DNA of 20,000 nucleotides from Vezdaea acicularis (Eukaryota): NCBI GenBank assembly GCA_026025075.1, contig JAPEUI010000019.1, positions 184,261 to 204,260 of the forward strand, read 5' to 3'. Shown piece by piece: positions 8,117 to 20,000 of this stretch (position 1 is its first letter; each line of letters starts with the position of its first letter). The notes under the pieces were generated by a model. It saw only the letters and a program-made list of their open reading frames with translations, ran no database searches and was not told where the DNA came from. The position numbers and the translations under genes were made by a program.

Positions 8117-11100
8117 TTATGCGCTCGCAAGGAACTTCAATACGCTTTCCTTCTCCTCGACAGGTAGCATGGATAGAACCTGAGCAACACCCTTTAGTCC
8201 ACCATCTTTGTTGCTTCGTAAAAGAGCCGCGACGTCGTAGGCAACGCCTTCTTGCTTGAGTGCCTCAATCTTCTGGTGAACGGGTTTCCTGTTTTCTTCG
8301 TACCATACGGCCACAGCGCGATCATCTGTCTCGAACTTCGGAATGGCGGACCAAGCCTTGAGTGTTTCTAGGTTCCTCTCGCGAGAATTGACGCCCTTGA
8401 GAGTTGCAGAGGCCATACGCTTGAGGATATATTCCTCGTTGAGTCTCCGTCGCAGGCGCCAATAGAAGTACCGACGTGATTCATACCATTTCAGCGCTTG
8501 CCGGATTGTTCCTTTCGCTTTCATACGACCTGCACGATCATGAAGATCGGCAAACTGTAGTGAAACTTGAGAGTAAACTGGAAGGAGTAACGATTCCCGC
8601 TCAGCCATCTTAACCTTTACATCCGAAAGCTGGTCAGCCGTAAGTGACTTATCGCTTAATGATCTCTTCAAATCTCCATAGGTTTGATCCAGACGAGCCA
8701 TGGTCTCGAGCTGTTTATCGCGACGATATTTGATATTGACAATACCTTCAGGCTCGAGGACACCACCGCGGGCATCCTCGTCCGCATACATTTCCATGCA
8801 TTCTGCGTTGATGGTAGGGTCAACGACGACCTGAGATAAGATTAGTGAATAAGCCATTTGAAATCATTAGAAGAGCTTACCCAGGAACCACCACGAAGCT
8901 CCCCGAATGGTGGAATATAGACGAATATCGGCTGCTGATAGGCAACTAGGGCGTCGACGATATAAGATCCGTACTTGAGCACTTCATTGAACATGTCTCG
9001 TTGTCCGCCTGAGAAGCCTCTCCAGTTGGCTAGGATCATCAATGGTAATTGTTCACCGTTGTTGAAATCCCGAATAGCCTGCGCCGTTTTGAATGCGGAG
9101 TTGGGGTACCAAACGCCTCCAGCCTCGTTGCTGATCTGCTCAGTCGACTCTGGATTAGCAGGGTCGGCAGGCATGACGTTCTCGATAGATCGAGTTTCGA
9201 CCGCGATAACACCGATGGGGATGCCACCAAGTCGAGCTCGGCCGCAGACAACAGTCCTTGCCCAACCACCTAGAGACTCTTGGAATGAATCTTTATCAAA
9301 GAGTCCACTCAAGTATCCCTCCTCATCCTCCTTACCACCAATGAGCCACCTCACGTCATAGGTCTGCTTTTGTGGTGGGTAGTAGCCAATATCCCGGTCC
9401 CAGGTATCGGTAGAGGGAGAAATGGGGACAGGATTATTCTTCTTGTCGGGGACGAAAGACATCCAGTCAACGATTTTTGAGACACCCTCGAAATCATCGT
9501 TTGCAGTCATATGCGAGACGCCGTTTTTGTACATGATTTGCGTCCCACCAAGCTGCAAGTTAGACGTGTACACTTCACGTCCGAGAAGCTTGTTGATAGC
9601 TGGAGCACCAGTCAGTATGATCGGTTGACCCTCGATCTGGATAGCGCGTTGCCCAAGGCGAACAAGGTAAGCGCCAATGCCTGCTTCGTGTTAGAAACTC
9701 ATCTTAGAATCAATTACGATTACTTACCAACTGATCGGCATGTCACAAGGGTGATAGTGAAGATGTCCTGGTAAGCCTTTGAAGTAGCCCCAGCGATAAG
9801 ACCGGAGCCTTTCAGACATTCAACGCCTAGGCCATCCTCTGCTCCAATGATGGTAGTAATTTTGTGTCGCTCTTCGCCATCTTCGAATATCTTCTCAGTA
9901 ATAACATCTCGAGTCTTCCCGTCTTCAAACCGTTGCTTCAAAGCTGGAGTCAGATACAAATACTTGAATCCAGCCTCAGGCTTCCCAGGCTCATTCCATG
10001 CAACTGAAAAGTGGGGAATAAGCTCGTCAGCCATCCCAATGCGGGCTCCGGAGTTAGCTGATAGGTATATCCGTGGGATCCCTAACTTCCGAGCGAGCTC
10101 GGTGCACTTGTGGAAAAACTTGTCTTCCGTCGGGCCAAAAGAGCCAATTCTGAAGGTGATGTCGTTCGCGACAATGATGAAGCGGCGTCCTCGAGGATAC
10201 TCAGGGGTTTTGGCGGTCACCATCCAGCCAACCATTCCATGGCTATTGGTACCTGGTTCGCGAGATACTTCTGCAAGGTTGTCACTGTCGTCAAGGACCA
10301 ACTCGCTATACTCGATACATTCACCTGGCGGGGGCTGCTTCTCTTGTAAAGATTGATGTTTGGATACAGCTTTCACCCAGCTATTCTGTATCGCTTGCCG
10401 GAACAGTTCAGGGAAGTCGTAGACGTATTGTGTCCCCATGAGATGGGCCTTGTAGCGTTTGGGTTGGAGCCACTCCTTTGTGGGGTATGGAGTTGAGACA
10501 GGGCGAAGGTGCATGCTTCCAATCTTCGTAGTACCTCCAATGCTTTGGAAGATCCACTCCCCACCTTTATCGGACTTCCTCTCAGCATACGTCTCAACCT
10601 GAATCACAAACCCAGAAGTGTTTGTGATAACCACGCGAAGTGGGTATGGCATTCCAGTAGTCGGCTCTGTGCATATGATACGAATTTCCGCTCCAGTGAC
10701 TCGTAATCGCCAAGCCCTGCGGCCAAAACGTTCCAGAAATCCAGCGAGAGCTTCCTCAACCTCATTTGGCTGGAGAGGGAAAACGGCCGAAAAGTTGATG
10801 AAGATGTGATTCAGGTCAGAGTTGTTGTTACCTATGATCTCTAGAGCATCAAGAATGTCGTTCATGAGCCTATCGGCCTCAGAGATCAAGTATTCGGCCG
10901 TTGGAATCTCGTCACGCAATCTTCCTGGTCGGACCACAGCACGAGTGAAGTACCGCTTGTCACTCTCAACGCCTTTGCCGATAGCTTCGTACACGTGAAT
11001 ATTCCTATTCTCTGTGAAGACTGGCTTGATGCGGAACTTTGAGAGTCTGCCTAATTCAAGCTGGAATGCCAACGCCGGCTCGATGTGCCGAATACTGTCA

Positions 11101-14100
11101 TCTTCATTGTAAGTGGGCCCACGGAAGGTGAAATAGCCAGGGTATGCTCCATCTTTGTGACCACAAATGAAGGTCAGTCGTCTGATACGACGAGCCAGCA
11201 GCTCATCTTTATACTCATTGACGATGGGTCCAACCCGAGATAAGATCTCGTTGTCGTCAAGGCTTTCAACATCCCGAATAGCGACGTTGCAAACAGCGGT
11301 AAGTTCGTCTTCACTGTCAAGACGTGGCGGAGGAACTTTACGCTTTCCAGCGAGATCTGGCATTGAACCGTTGCCGAATCGCTTCTTCTTCGAGCCGACA
11401 GAGGGGAATATCTCGAGCGCCCTCATAAGGTATTCCTCGGTTTCATCCAGGTAATGTACTGGAACAATCACGCCTTTCCGCATCGGTTCGTTTTCATTTC
11501 GATTGACGAGGTAGGACATATCGCTGATAGAATTGATCCGTTTGAAAGGATTGCCTCCTTCTGAAGTTGGCGTTGCAGGCGTTGAAGGATGAGATGACGA
11601 GATAGGCATCCCGAATTCGGAATGGCCGACTTTGCGAAGCAAGAAATCCCAGGATATCATGTACGGTGGGTCGTAATCATTGTGATATTCCAGTGTCTTG
11701 AGAGAGTATGCGCGATACGCTCGCCGGATGTAAACCTCAAGAGCGGCGAGCGACACCCATGGGTCTGAATGACCAAAGAAGAGTGGAAGGACATCAAAGA
11801 CGGTGTACTTTGAATCCACGACCTCCTTGAGAATGTCGATATTCGGCTCACGATGTTCCCAACCTGTCTCGCCGTACCTCGACTGGACAACCGAGGAACG
11901 GAGGATATGTTCCATTTGTGCAGATCGCTCTTCTAACGAAGGAAGCGCGCATTGAATGAGGACTTCTCGAGCTTTCAGAGCTACTTTGGCGGTCGCTCTT
12001 GATTCAAGTTCCGTTAGCCTCTTGAGTGAAGGGCGGAAGAATTTGCCCACGTTTCCAGCATTTGGCTTATTGGGTCGGTATTCTTCCATAATCGCGAGGA
12101 TAAGATTGTTCTTTGCACCAATCCTGCTATGCGATAGGACTGTGTGTACAACGACCGAGACGCTGTCTTTGTGTTCTTCACGAAGCTTCAGAATGACGTC
12201 TTCGTCCCTTGAATTACGCCCCGAAAACAGTCTTTCGATTTCCCAATATTTGTCCAATAATCCTGTAAAGACATCCAACTCATGGGCCTTAAGCCCTTCG
12301 GCGTACCTCTCCATCACTTCCGAGAGTGGAGCTAGGGACAACTTCAGAAGGTTTGCATCGCTGCGACTGACGTTTTCATCCAGATATCGACTAAGGGCTT
12401 TCGACAGCTGTTTGGCTGGAAACTCGGCCTTGCGGGTTTTTGCTCGGTCAACAATCTGCGTGAACTGGGCATCGAGCTTCTGAGGCATACGAGCGTGTAA
12501 GGCAGAAAATTGAGCGTTCCACTCGCCGTAAGGTAGTTCCGGATCTCGAAGCACTTCCATCAGTTCTTTTAAGGTTGAGGCCATAATGACTTGATTGTCG
12601 AAGCCGCCGAGGATGTTCTGTAAAATACTATGAAGTAGAGTGAAACGTTGGGGTGGTTTTGTGCCGACTACCTGGGGGGGTCCAAGATCGGGAAGTTGCC
12701 CAAGGAACGGCTGTGCGTGTTTGACACGCGATGGATCATCTAGAGCGAGTATACCCAGGATGTCCCCAGCTTCAAGGGTTGCGCCTGGCTGTTTGATCAA
12801 TTGCACCATACCGTCCTCTTGTGTCAATAGAGGCATGAACATCTTCATCACTTCCACCTCCGCAAAGGCTTGCCCGGCCTTGACATGCTCGCCGTTGTCC
12901 ACTGTGAATTTGACGAGCTTTCCAGGACTCGGTGTCCGCAGCTGCGTAGGGTCGTTTTCTTGCTCCAACAAACAGGTCTTGCTGTCAACACTCAACCTTG
13001 TGGCGCCAGTTTCCTCTTTCCAGTAAACGCTATGGCTTCGGCCATCCAGTAGGACAAGAAGGCCTCCATCTGCTAGAGCTCGGATCCCGACCGAGCACTT
13101 GGATCCATTTATGAAGAGATGATAGCTATCAAGGCTTGATCGCGTTGCGGTGAACTTATAGCGTGTGCCCTCATAAATGAAGTCGATCGGGAATACCGTC
13201 CGGAGCACGTCCTTTGCCGGAACTTGGCCTCTTTCCAGGCTATTTCGATACTCGTTGATACAGTCCTCACTCATTATATGAGCCTTCGTGACCGCACCAC
13301 AGATGACTGCCAACATGGGGTCGGGCCTCTCAGCCGTTAGCTTCTTCGAAATCAACTCATCTAGCCATCCTGTTGTTATCGTGTTTTCCTCGAAGGCGGG
13401 TGTTTCCAACAGCTTGATGAGATATTCGACGGTTGTCAGAAAGTCTCCACGAATACTTAACTCTTTCAACGCGACAACCATATGCTTTCGTGATGCAGAT
13501 CGATTTTCGCCATAGGCGAAGATGTGCCCAAACTGACTGTCTGAGAAGCTATGAATCCCTCCGGCAGTACCGACGGAAAAGTAACCCCAAACATTTGAGC
13601 TACTCCGGAAATTCAGCTCGTGCATCATTCCACTGGACGGTTTGAAGCCAGCGCCAGGGTCTTCGGATGTGATACGACATGCAGTCGTGTGTCCCTTTGG
13701 CGTTGGTCGTCGTTGGGTTGACAGGCTACCTTCGGTCTCGAATGCAAAGTCAATCTCTGTAGAGCTTTGAGGGTCAGCTCCGTAGAGCAAACGGATATCG
13801 CGAATTCGATGCAATGGCAAACCCATAGCAATCTGGAGCTGCGCGGCAGGTAAATTTACGCCGCTGACCATCTCAGTGGTGGGATGTTCCACTTGCAGCC
13901 TAGGATTAAGCTCCAAGAAATAAAAGGTATCATCGGCGTGTGAATAGAGGTATTCCACTGTCCCCGCAGAGACATATCCTACTAGTTTCCCAAGGCGTAC
14001 AGCAGCCTTCTCCATCGCTTGGAATGTAGCCGGCTTAGCAATTGTGACTGGGGCTTCTTCGATGATTTTCTGGTGTCGGCGCTGCACTGAGCAATCTCTG

Positions 14101-15277
14101 CCAAACAGTGAGATGTTATTCCCGTATTCATCCGCTAAGAGTTGGACCTCCAGATGTCGTGCATTGCCTGCAAGCTTCATGATGAAGATTGGAGAGCCTG
14201 GGACTTCGCTTGATGCAGCATTGTAGAGCGCCGTGAAGCCCTCTTCGGAATCGACCTTTCGAATGCCCTTTCCACCACCGCCTTCGGAAGCTTTGACCAT
14301 GACAGGAAAGCCAATTTCTCGTGCTTTGGCCAGGCCTTCTTCTGGCGAGTGAGTGCAACCCTTATCATAGATATCACTGTCGACCGTGACAAGCCCGCCC
14401 TCATCTATATGCACTGTGTCGACCCCTGTGCCAGACCACGGAATGCATGGGACCTTGGCGTGTTGTGCAACAATTGTAGAGGAGATCTTGTCGCCTAGCG
14501 ACCGCATGGCGGAGCCGGGGGGGCCTATGAAGACTATTTTGGACGCGGCCAATGACTCTGGAAGCTTTGGGTTTTCCGATGCATGGCCCCTTGAAACAGT
14601 GATTAGCCACGCCCTAGAGTCTGAAAGTTACTGCCGGTAAACTAACCATCCAGCCCACACTGCATGTACACCCATGCGTTCAGCAATGTCGACGATTAAC
14701 TCAACGTTGGCATAATTGTTGTTGTTGGTGCCACCAGGAACCTGAATAGAGCATTCTCGTTAGTATTTAGGGGTATCTTAGCAAAATGCAAAGAGGCGGG
14801 TCAAGTCTTGTGCCCAAGTCTTCGCAACATACCTCGACATATTGGTCAGCCATTCGAATATAATCTGCGTTGGCTTGGAGATCCTCAGGGGTAGCCATCA
14901 CAGTAAACTGGATCGCGCGCTCATCGCCGAAGCTCTCGTAAGCCCATTTTCGTACCGAGCGGATCTCTTTCACCGCGGCGATACCGTTGTTGGCAATAAG
15001 CACCTAGTTCAGACATGTAAGCTACATCATTCAGGGCATGACAGAAGATAACGTATTTCGGGAAGCATACCGAGGTAATGACAGTGTGACCATCGTTCTT
15101 CGCAACAAAGTCCTTCACCGGCCCTGCAGGGGCAGCGTTGAGATGATTGCTGCCGATAAAGTGAGCCGGTAGGTCAAATTTTGACGCATATGAGGAATGG
15201 CCATTGACGATGGGCACCGTCACGCCATTCGTCACGCCATTCGTGCGTGGCGTGTCAACCGTATCATGTTCGGCCAT
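8117..15277 (-). CDS. ACC1: Acetyl-CoA carboxylase (multidomain BC-BCCP-CT), 2282 aa, 6 exons
   Basis: complement(join(8117..8830,8881..9680,9728..14589,14647..14741,14833..15003,15071..15277)). Motifs: [54 protein letters not shown], biotinylation motif EVMKM (Lys codon 12843-12845), [21 protein letters not shown] and [12 protein letters not shown]. Confidence 0.98.
11511..11546 (-). other. Snf1/AMPK-type regulatory phosphorylation motif within ACC1 ([12 protein letters not shown])
   Basis: Resembles the yeast Acc1 Ser1157 context (RAVSVSDLSY). The candidate Ser codon is at 11529-11531 in the central domain. Confidence 0.7.
15218..15244. repeat. 12-bp tandem duplication inside ACC1 exon 1, encoding TNGVTNGVT
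   Basis: CGTCACGCCATT x2 plus CGT on the + strand, in the variable N-terminal extension of ACC1. Confidence 0.85.
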
Positions 15278-16189
15278 GCCGCCGGTGTTGCTCGTCCACG
15301 AGCGAAATTGTAGGGTCCGCCAGGAGAAGAGCTGGGAGTTTGGGGATTATGAACTAGAGAAAAGTTGAAGGTATTGCGGTTGCTGTGCGGTACCTGGCGT
15401 TTATGTTAAGGGAAAATTTCCAATCGAATGGCAGATGCTGTTCAATATAGGTGGAGGTCGTTCTTGCCAAGACAAATGGGTCGAAGTGGAGCAGAAGAAA
15501 AGAATTGGTGAGGAAGGCGGGAGGAGCTGGGGGATGAAGTTGTTTACGGGGCCTCTTCTAAGAGGGGAGAAGGTGTAAGCACGGAAGGTTAGGATTGGGA
15601 TGTTCTTGTTGTAAGAAAGAGCATTGCCCGCTTATCAGTGAGAGGGTGTTGTGAGGTTATGCAGAGGTGTTCTGGCAATACGGCATGTTCAACGGTTAGA
15701 GCTCGGGGAAGCTGTTGAGCACAGACAGGCGCAACAGGCCTGTTTGGTGTCCCCAATGACGTTCGTCTAAATAGCCCGAAGCAGCCTAGGGCGCCCCCAC
15801 AGGCAGTCCGGCCGAGCCCCTCGCAGGCTCCGCCGCCGATTGGACCCGCCGCGAGCCTCGACGCACTTTCCGGCTCGTGGCCTCCCTCCTTCATCTCTAA
15901 TTCCACTCTCCTTCTCACGGGCCCCCCAACCGTGGATTAGCATCTTTAGGATGACGTTCGAGAGACGTCTTGGGCCGTGGGGACTCCACGGCAGTCACGG
16001 CGCTCACTCTACATGAGGGTCTTTGGCCCCATCAGATCGGCGAGAGCTGACTGAATTCCGACCGCGAAACGCAGGAAAATGTTGGGCGCAGCTCCTCCGC
16101 AATTTTCGAGGGAAAACCCTGCATAGCGCCACTGTTGGGGCGACGCTTGGGATGCAATCTACCGCCTCTACCGATTGCACCGAGCCACA

Positions 16190-16213
16190 GGTATCGCCGC
16201 TGGTATCGCCGCT
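16190..16213. repeat. 12-bp tandem duplication in the ACC1/hydrolase intergenic region
   Basis: GGTATCGCCGCT x2, read directly from the sequence. Confidence 0.85.
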
Positions 16214-16435
16214 GGAGATGCGACCGGGTACCGAGTCGGGCGAACGCTCAGATTCATTGGTTGATGATGCCGTCGAGATCCAGTGTAACCTCAAGAGCTC
16301 AAGGGCAGACAGTCCGACCGAACGACGTTTGACGTCGCCTGCTTCACTACGAGGCCGTCACGATGCGTTCGTCGTCTTCGGAAATTGTCAATCTCCACTC
16401 CGTAGCATTTCTATAGAACTACCAACCCTTCCCTT

Positions 16436-17291
16436 TCACAGCTTCTTCATCAGTTTTAATAAGTCTTCCAACTTGGCTACAGCTCCAAAGATGCCCCCTT
16501 CGCATTTCACCATCGCGCAAGCGGCATCGTGGAGTGGAGGCTCCGCCGCTGCACAACAGTCCTCGACCAAGAGACAGTCAAACCCACGATCGTTCGCCTC
16601 TCGCATGGTCGTGGTAACGCACACGTCCGTTGTCACGCCCACGAGTATGAGATTCTTGATACCTCTAACCCGTAGTAAGAGTTCGAAGTCAGTGTTTGCG
16701 AATGCTCCTTTCCCAGGCTTATCGATGACTGGCTCGCCCTCGATTGGATACAATTCGCGGACAGTATCGTGGCCCTTTTCCCCGCGGATGAGCAACCTCC
16801 CCAGTGGTCCCTGATCGCCTATCCCCATGTGTAGCTCGTTGTTCGAGGATCGAAAGCGCTCGCGCCCGGACAAGGTCGAGAGATCTGGCCGATGACCTGC
16901 CCACCTCGGCTCTCAGTAAGGTCCTTTAGAAGACAGGATACGATGTTGCCAAGTATCAGGTGGAGAACCCGCATCAACTGACCTTCACGTGTATGATATA
17001 CCGTAAGACCCGCCTCACGTGAAGTGTGGAGCAGCAATCTGAGCTTGGGGATCAGCTCTCGAGCCTGGCTGATATCGTAGCCCTGCTGCGCCATATATCC
17101 ACCCTCAGCACAAACTGTTGTGGGGTGGAGGGTCAGTGTATCCACGGCTAGGTGACAGCCAGAGCTTGTGACGTACAGTCATTCTGCATGTCGATGATGA
17201 CAAGAGCAGTGTTGGATCGAGAGAATGAGGCATCGTGAGGCCAAGCATACGGAGTTGCTAGGAGCTGCGTATCAGACTGAGGCCCAATCAT
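16436..17291 (-). CDS. Isochorismatase-like cysteine hydrolase of the biuret/triuret/guanylurea hydrolase clade, 235 aa, 3 exons
   Basis: complement(join(16436..16896,16983..17114,17177..17291)). An in-frame upstream ATG at 17324 is an alternative start. Asp-Lys-Cys triad motifs IIDMQNDF, IDKPGKGAF and GVTTDVCV, plus clade motifs HTREGHRPDL, GPLGRLLIRGE, MREANDRGFDCLL and EGGIFG. Confidence 0.9.
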
Positions 17292-18080
17292 GCTTGCAAA
17301 GATCTTCCAGATGAACGATATCATATGGCTTGAGGGCTACAGGAAGAGGGAGAGAGGCCCCTCAACTGAACTGGAGATGTTCTTCATATAGCGGTTGAAG
17401 AGCGCAGTATACCAAAGTCTCCGAGTTGCGCATGTTGGCAAGAACGGGCTCTTTCAGTAGGCCGAAGCAGGAGCTGCCTCGGCAGAGAATAAGCAATGAA
17501 GATAAATATCCGTCGGAGAGTCAAGTTGACAACAATATCTTGACAATTGTATGTAGTAAAAGTTCAACCACGAAAGCGGTGCTCTTCCATCCGTAGTCAA
17601 CAACAACTTTGCCTTTCGTAATCTGGATCGAAGAACCCTTCAGCAAAGCCATCTATGGAGCGTGGAGCAAGTGAGGTGATGTATAAATGCAAAACGTGGA
17701 CCCAGGACGGTGTGGGCCAAACCCCAATCCAGCACACGCGCCCACATTTTCGACAAAATATCCATTTTACCCCAAAGCAGCTCACGTGGCCGTCTCTCTG
17801 GTTGGTGCAAGCCTTGTCACTTCCAATCGCTATTCTGTTCCGTTCTACTCTGTAATATCCTCCCTTTCCCCTGCGTCGCACCGCCAGCCCTCGCCTATCG
17901 CCATAGGGCCAGACGGGTGCCAAGAAGTGCTCGCATGGCAACGCCGCGCGCGGGCCAGCGACCGGGCGCGCGATGCCAAAACAAGAAAACAGGGGGAGGG
18001 GAGTCGGCTGCACGCACCCAACCATCGCGACTCACCGCACATGGCGAACGACGGCGGGAACGTTCACACCAGCACCTTCC

Positions 18081-18146
18081 ACCGACGACCAGCGACGACC
18101 AGCAACAACGACCGACCGACCGACGACAACAACGGTGCAGACGACA
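18081..18146 (+). repeat. Low-complexity CGAC/CAA microsatellite-like tract upstream of nudE
   Basis: accgacgaccagcgacgaccagcaacaacgaccgaccgaccgacgacaacaac..., imperfect short repeats. Confidence 0.6.
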
Positions 18147-18480
18147 ATATTGACGATTTCGGGATCCGCGCTTTGGTGACTTGTGACGTTTGGGAGGATT
18201 AGGAGATTTTTAAATTGTGGACGCTTCGTGTGGACTGTGCGTGGCGGAGGAAGAGCGCAAGTTTGTTTGGTTTGACGATAGGGATATCGTATACGTGAAG
18301 GGCTGTTGGATGGACTTTCGAGCTGCAGCGACTTCACCATAGCTTGTTCCCTCTATCGATACGACACCAGCCCGTCTTGATCATCTCTGCAATCAAAACC
18401 CGGCAGGGGCTTCTCCAGGACATAGCGGGCAGCATATATTACTCGGTGGTCCCGCACCCGGACCGGTTTTTTGAGCCACG

Positions 18481-20000
18481 ATGCCTTCGGGAGATGAGCC
18501 ACCGTCTTCACCGCCAGGCGAGCATGCGTCGACGGAGGAAGCCCTGAGATATTATAAATCCCAGTATGAGCAGCTGGAGGCCGAGTTGGCGGACTTTCAG
18601 GCCTCGAGCCGGGAGCTGGAAGCGGAGCTGGAGAAGGATGTGGAGGCTTCTGAGAAGCGGGAGAGGCAACTTCAGGAAAAAGTTGAAGGGCTCGGTTTTG
18701 AAGTTGAAGAATGGAAGGTTAGTCTATCGAACATTCTATGCGTTGCGTTGGGGCACTTGTGCTTGGACATGCTGATGCCTTGGCCGCTCCCTGGTTGACC
18801 TAGCGGAGGAGATATACTGACATGGTCAACAGACGAAATACAAACAATCGAAATCAGAAGCCAACTCGGCTCAGAACGTCCTGCAAAAGGAAATCACCAC
18901 GCTACGAGACTCGAACAGGAATATGCAACTGAGACTACGAGATATTGAGGTTGCCAACGACGATTTCGAGAGGCAGGCCAGAAACACATCGTCGTCTCTT
19001 GAGGATCTCGAGTCCAAATACAACGTCGCCATCGAAAGAGCGGTGATGCTCGAAGCCGAGATTCAAGTGGGCGAGCAGGAACGAGAATCCCTGCGGATTG
19101 AGACTCAAAGATTGCGTGACGAACTCTCGGACCTGAAGATCGAAGCAGACATCACCAAGGACAAGCTGCGGCACGCTGAGGCAGCCTCAGAGCGTCTTCA
19201 CACCAGAGTCCCCCAACCTCTCTCCACCAGCATACCACCTCATTCTCCTATATCCGAGATATCGCCTACGGACAGCACATCCTCACCAAGTATCACCACC
19301 CCGCCCCCTACAAAGTCCACCTCCTCGTCAACCCCACCTTCACCCCCCATATCCGAATCTTCCACCGTCCCCTCCACAAACAACACACCTAGCGCGAAGC
19401 CAAAGTCGCGCCTCTCGATCGTCGACCCGAACACGACTCCCCGTCCCTCACACTCCTCCATGCGCCCGCCCCGCCACTCCCGCGGCCCTTCCATCCCCGT
19501 CAGCAGCGGCCGCACCACCCCCTCCACCAACCGCCGCCCCACCCTCGCCGCTCCCAGCAGCAGCGCCAACCCGCGCGGCGCCCTTCCACAGTCCTCCTCC
19601 CTCCGCCAGATCCGCGGTCTGATAGGCCAAATGCAACGCCTCGAACAGCGCGTGCACTCGGCCCGCTCGAAACTCCCCGCCCCCGTCAACACCCCCCCGC
19701 ACGCCTCTCCCCGCTCCGGCTCCGCCCTCGGCCACTCCCAGCTCGGCACTCACAGCCAAATCCCCTCCAACATCACCGTCCGCAGCGGCAAGCGCCGCAC
19801 CGGCGGCTCCAACGCCTCCACCACCTCCTCCCTCCGCGGCGGCAGCGGCGCCGCCGCCGTAGGAAGAGACGACCCCGAAACCACCCCCCTCTCAACAACC
19901 TACGTCTCGCGCCTCTCCTTCGGCGCCCCCGCCCCTGACCGCCCCTCCTCCTCCCGCCCCAGCTCCCGCGCCAGCACCGCCAGCCGCTCCTCCCTTAGCC
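18481..20000 (+). CDS. nudE: Nuclear distribution protein NudE / RO-11 (NDE1/NDEL1 family dynein-LIS1 regulator), 3'-truncated by the window
   Basis: join(18481..18717,18833..>20000), intron GTTAGT...TACTGAC...CAACAG. Coiled coil [59 protein letters not shown], then an S/T/P-rich region containing [29 protein letters not shown]. Confidence 0.95.

Noticed and set aside
8117..15277. ACC1 split over several ORFs, suggesting a pseudogene or frameshifts, plus many antisense ORFs
   Set aside because: Five GT-AG introns restore one continuous 2282-aa frame. The antisense ORFs are codon-bias shadows.
15278..15349. Non-AUG N-terminal extension giving a mitochondrial ACC isoform, as for yeast HFA1
   Set aside because: An in-frame TAA at 15347-15349 leaves only 23 open codons upstream of the ATG, with no convincing presequence.
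15394..15918. Possible 5'UTR intron of ACC1 (CTTAAC branch and CAG acceptor ending 15394)
   Set aside because: Several weak donor candidates exist and none can be chosen without transcript data.
16023..16814. 263-aa + strand ORF
   Set aside because: Largely antisense to hydrolase exon 3, non-ATG start, and no recognisable motifs.
17310..17550. GATA (AreA/NIT2) cluster and a CCTCGG (FarA-type) site upstream of the hydrolase
   Set aside because: Only one strict HGATAR match (17500-17505) and one CCTCGG, which is expected by chance.
17597..18340. ORFs of 100-170 aa on both strands between the hydrolase and nudE
   Set aside because: They span GC-rich promoter and low-complexity repeat sequence and have no protein-like motifs.
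19240..19759. Gly-rich minus-strand ORFs
   Set aside because: Antisense to the C-rich, Ser/Pro/Thr-rich exon of nudE.

Overview
This is eukaryotic, intron-containing DNA from a filamentous ascomycete (short GT-AG introns with CTRAY-type branch sites). It is gene-dense and I see no mobile elements, RNA genes or CRISPR arrays. Manual splicing gives seven genes plus a possible 3' gene end at the left edge. In order: CBC2 (+), TRS20 (-), MRPL31 (+), a ~1481-aa multidomain protein (-), acetyl-CoA carboxylase ACC1 (-), a biuret/guanylurea-hydrolase-like cysteine hydrolase (-), and nudE/ro-11 (+, runs off the window). The standout is the multidomain gene (2864-7366). It joins a HeLo-like N-terminal domain, a kinase-like domain lacking DFG, NLR-type TPR repeats and a trypsin-like serine protease. 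The protease's catalytic GDSG motif lies in a last exon that the ORF track misses. The architecture resembles a one-polypeptide fungal immune or regulated-cell-death module, but that function is inference only. Second most interesting is the hydrolase, which has Glu at the position reported to separate guanylurea hydrolases from biuret hydrolases and sits between ACC1 and nudE.
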